Below are positions 62,834-64,000 of a stretch of DNA of 64,000 bases, one piece after another. This DNA comes from an uncultured Pseudomonadota bacterium. GTDB taxonomy: Bacteria; Myxococcota_A; Polyangia; Fen-1088. The stretch spans positions 662,683-726,682 of the forward strand of contig CAVQDT010000005.1 in assembly GCA_963711305.1 (NCBI GenBank). The letters are read 5' to 3'. Both the position numbers and the translations under genes were made by a program. The notes beneath the pieces were generated by a model. It did not search any database. It saw nothing but the letters and a program-made list of their open reading frames with translations, and was not told the DNA's origin. Position 1 is the stretch's first letter; each line of letters begins with the position of its first letter.

Positions 62834-63372
62834 CCGATCGATTCGCCGACCCGCGCGCCGCGCTGCTGCGCGCCCGCATCCGCGACATCCCCGACTTCCC
62901 CAAGCCGGGGATCCTGTTTCGCGACCTGACGCCGCTGATGGGCGACGGCGTGACGATGCGGACCACCGTGGAAATGCTGGTCGAGAAGATCGCGCCCCAC
63001 CGGGCCGACACCATCGTCGCGATCGAATCGCGCGGCTTCATCTTCGGCGCGCCGGTGGCGGTGGCGCTGGGAATCGGCTTCGCTCCGGTGCGCAAGCCCG
63101 GCAAGCTGCCGTGGCGCACGACCAAGCGGACGTACGACCTCGAGTACGGCACCGACTCGCTGGAGATGCACGCCGACGCGGTGGTGCAGGGGACGCGCGT
63201 GGTGATCGTCGACGACCTGCTCGCGACCGGTGGCACCGCGGCGGCGACCGCCGAGCTGGTGCGCGCGCAGGGCGGCCAGGTGGTCGGGATCACCGTCGTC
63301 GTCGAGCTGGAGCTGCTGCGCGGGCGCGATCGGCTCCCCTCGGTGCCCGTCGACTCGCTGATTCGCTACTGA
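62830..63372 (+). CDS. apt: Adenine phosphoribosyltransferase
   Basis: IPDFPKPGILFRD, IESRGF, RKPGKLP, YDLEYG, VDDLLATGGT. Confidence 0.96.
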   Translation: MTDRFADPRAALLRARIRDIPDFPKPGILFRDLTPLMGDGVTMRTTVEMLVEKIAPHRADTIVAIESRGFIFGAPVAVALGIGFAPVRKPGKLPWRTTKRTYDLEYGTDSLEMHADAVVQGTRVVIVDDLLATGGTAAATAELVRAQGGQVVGITVVVELELLRGRDRLPSVPVDSLIRY

Positions 63373-63376
63373 GCCG

Positions 63377-64000
63377 ATGCGCGGCCGCTACGCGCCGAGC
63401 CCCACCGGCGCCATGCACCTCGGCAACGCGCGCACGGCGCTGCTGGCCTGGCTCGACGCGCGCGCGGTGGCCGGCACGTTCGTGATGCGCGTCGAGGATC
63501 TCGATCGCGCGCGCATCGTCGCCGGCGCCGAGGAGAGGCTGCTCGCCGACCTGCGCTGGCTCGGGCTCGACTGGGACGAAGGGCCCGACGTTGCCGCGGG
63601 CGGCGGCGGCCCGTTCGCCCCCTACCGGCAGAGCGAGCGGACGCGTCTCTACGACGACACCGTCGATCGTTTGGTCGCCGCGGGCGCCGCGTTTCCCTGC
63701 GCCTGCTCGCGCGCCGACGTCGCGCGCGCCGCGACCGCCCCGCACGCGGCCGACGACGATGAGCCGCGCTATCCCGGCACCTGCCGCCGGCTCGCGGTGG
63801 GCGAGGTCGAGGCGCGCGCGGCTGCGCTCGGGCGCAAGCCGAGCGTGCGCTTCGCGAGCGACGCCGCGGCCGCCGAGCCTGCGGTCGACGACTTCGTGCT
63901 CCGCCGCGCCGACGGTGTCGCCGCCTATCAGCTGGCGGTGGTCGTCGACGACATCGCGATGGGTATCACGCGCGTCGTGCGCGGCGACGATCTCCTGCGC
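63377..64000 (+). CDS. gluQ: Glutamyl-queuosine tRNA(Asp) synthetase (runs off the window)
   Basis: MRGRYAPSPTGAMHLGN, RVEDLD, LGLDWDEG, CACSR, YPGTCR, DFVLRRADG, YQLAVVVDD, VVRGDDL. Confidence 0.9.
   Translation, partial: MRGRYAPSPTGAMHLGNARTALLAWLDARAVAGTFVMRVEDLDRARIVAGAEERLLADLRWLGLDWDEGPDVAAGGGGPFAPYRQSERTRLYDDTVDRLVAAGAAFPCACSRADVARAATAPHAADDDEPRYPGTCRRLAVGEVEARAAALGRKPSVRFASDAAAAEPAVDDFVLRRADGVAAYQLAVVVDDIAMGITRVVRGDDLLR

Overview
High-GC window of core chromosome, almost certainly from a myxobacterium (Myxococcota, probably Polyangia). Evidence: MXAN_5187-type and AgmX/PglI-type domains, giant TPR proteins, a Ser/Thr kinase plus FHA-GAF-sigma54 cluster, and a dsg-like IF3 with an ATC start and Pro/Ala tail. 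It holds about 50 genes: nadD, a fused iscS-mnmA, rnc, a CCA-adding enzyme, an RlmN-like enzyme, a DEAD-box helicase, tRNA-Val-thrS-infC-rpmI-rplT-pheS-pheT-ihfA-MerR-tRNA-Pro, a Tat-type SOD, surE-pcm-nlpD-apt-gluQ, and several uncharacterised envelope and lipoprotein clusters. Many genes, including essential ones, carry single-base frameshifts. These look like long-read indel errors, so I rejoined CDSs by eye and their boundaries are approximate. I found no CRISPR array, transposase, integrase or prophage. Best leads: (1) a cysteine desulfurase-MnmA fusion that survives the frameshift caveat; (2) a degenerate, order-reversed ETF-like pair divergent from two giant TPR proteins ending in M48-like pseudo-protease domains; (3) a kinase/TPR/sigma54/lipoprotein trans-envelope module; (4) repeated leaderless-type gene starts, including one bidirectional promoter; (5) several intergenic repeat families. 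All calls are by motif recognition only; no searches were run.
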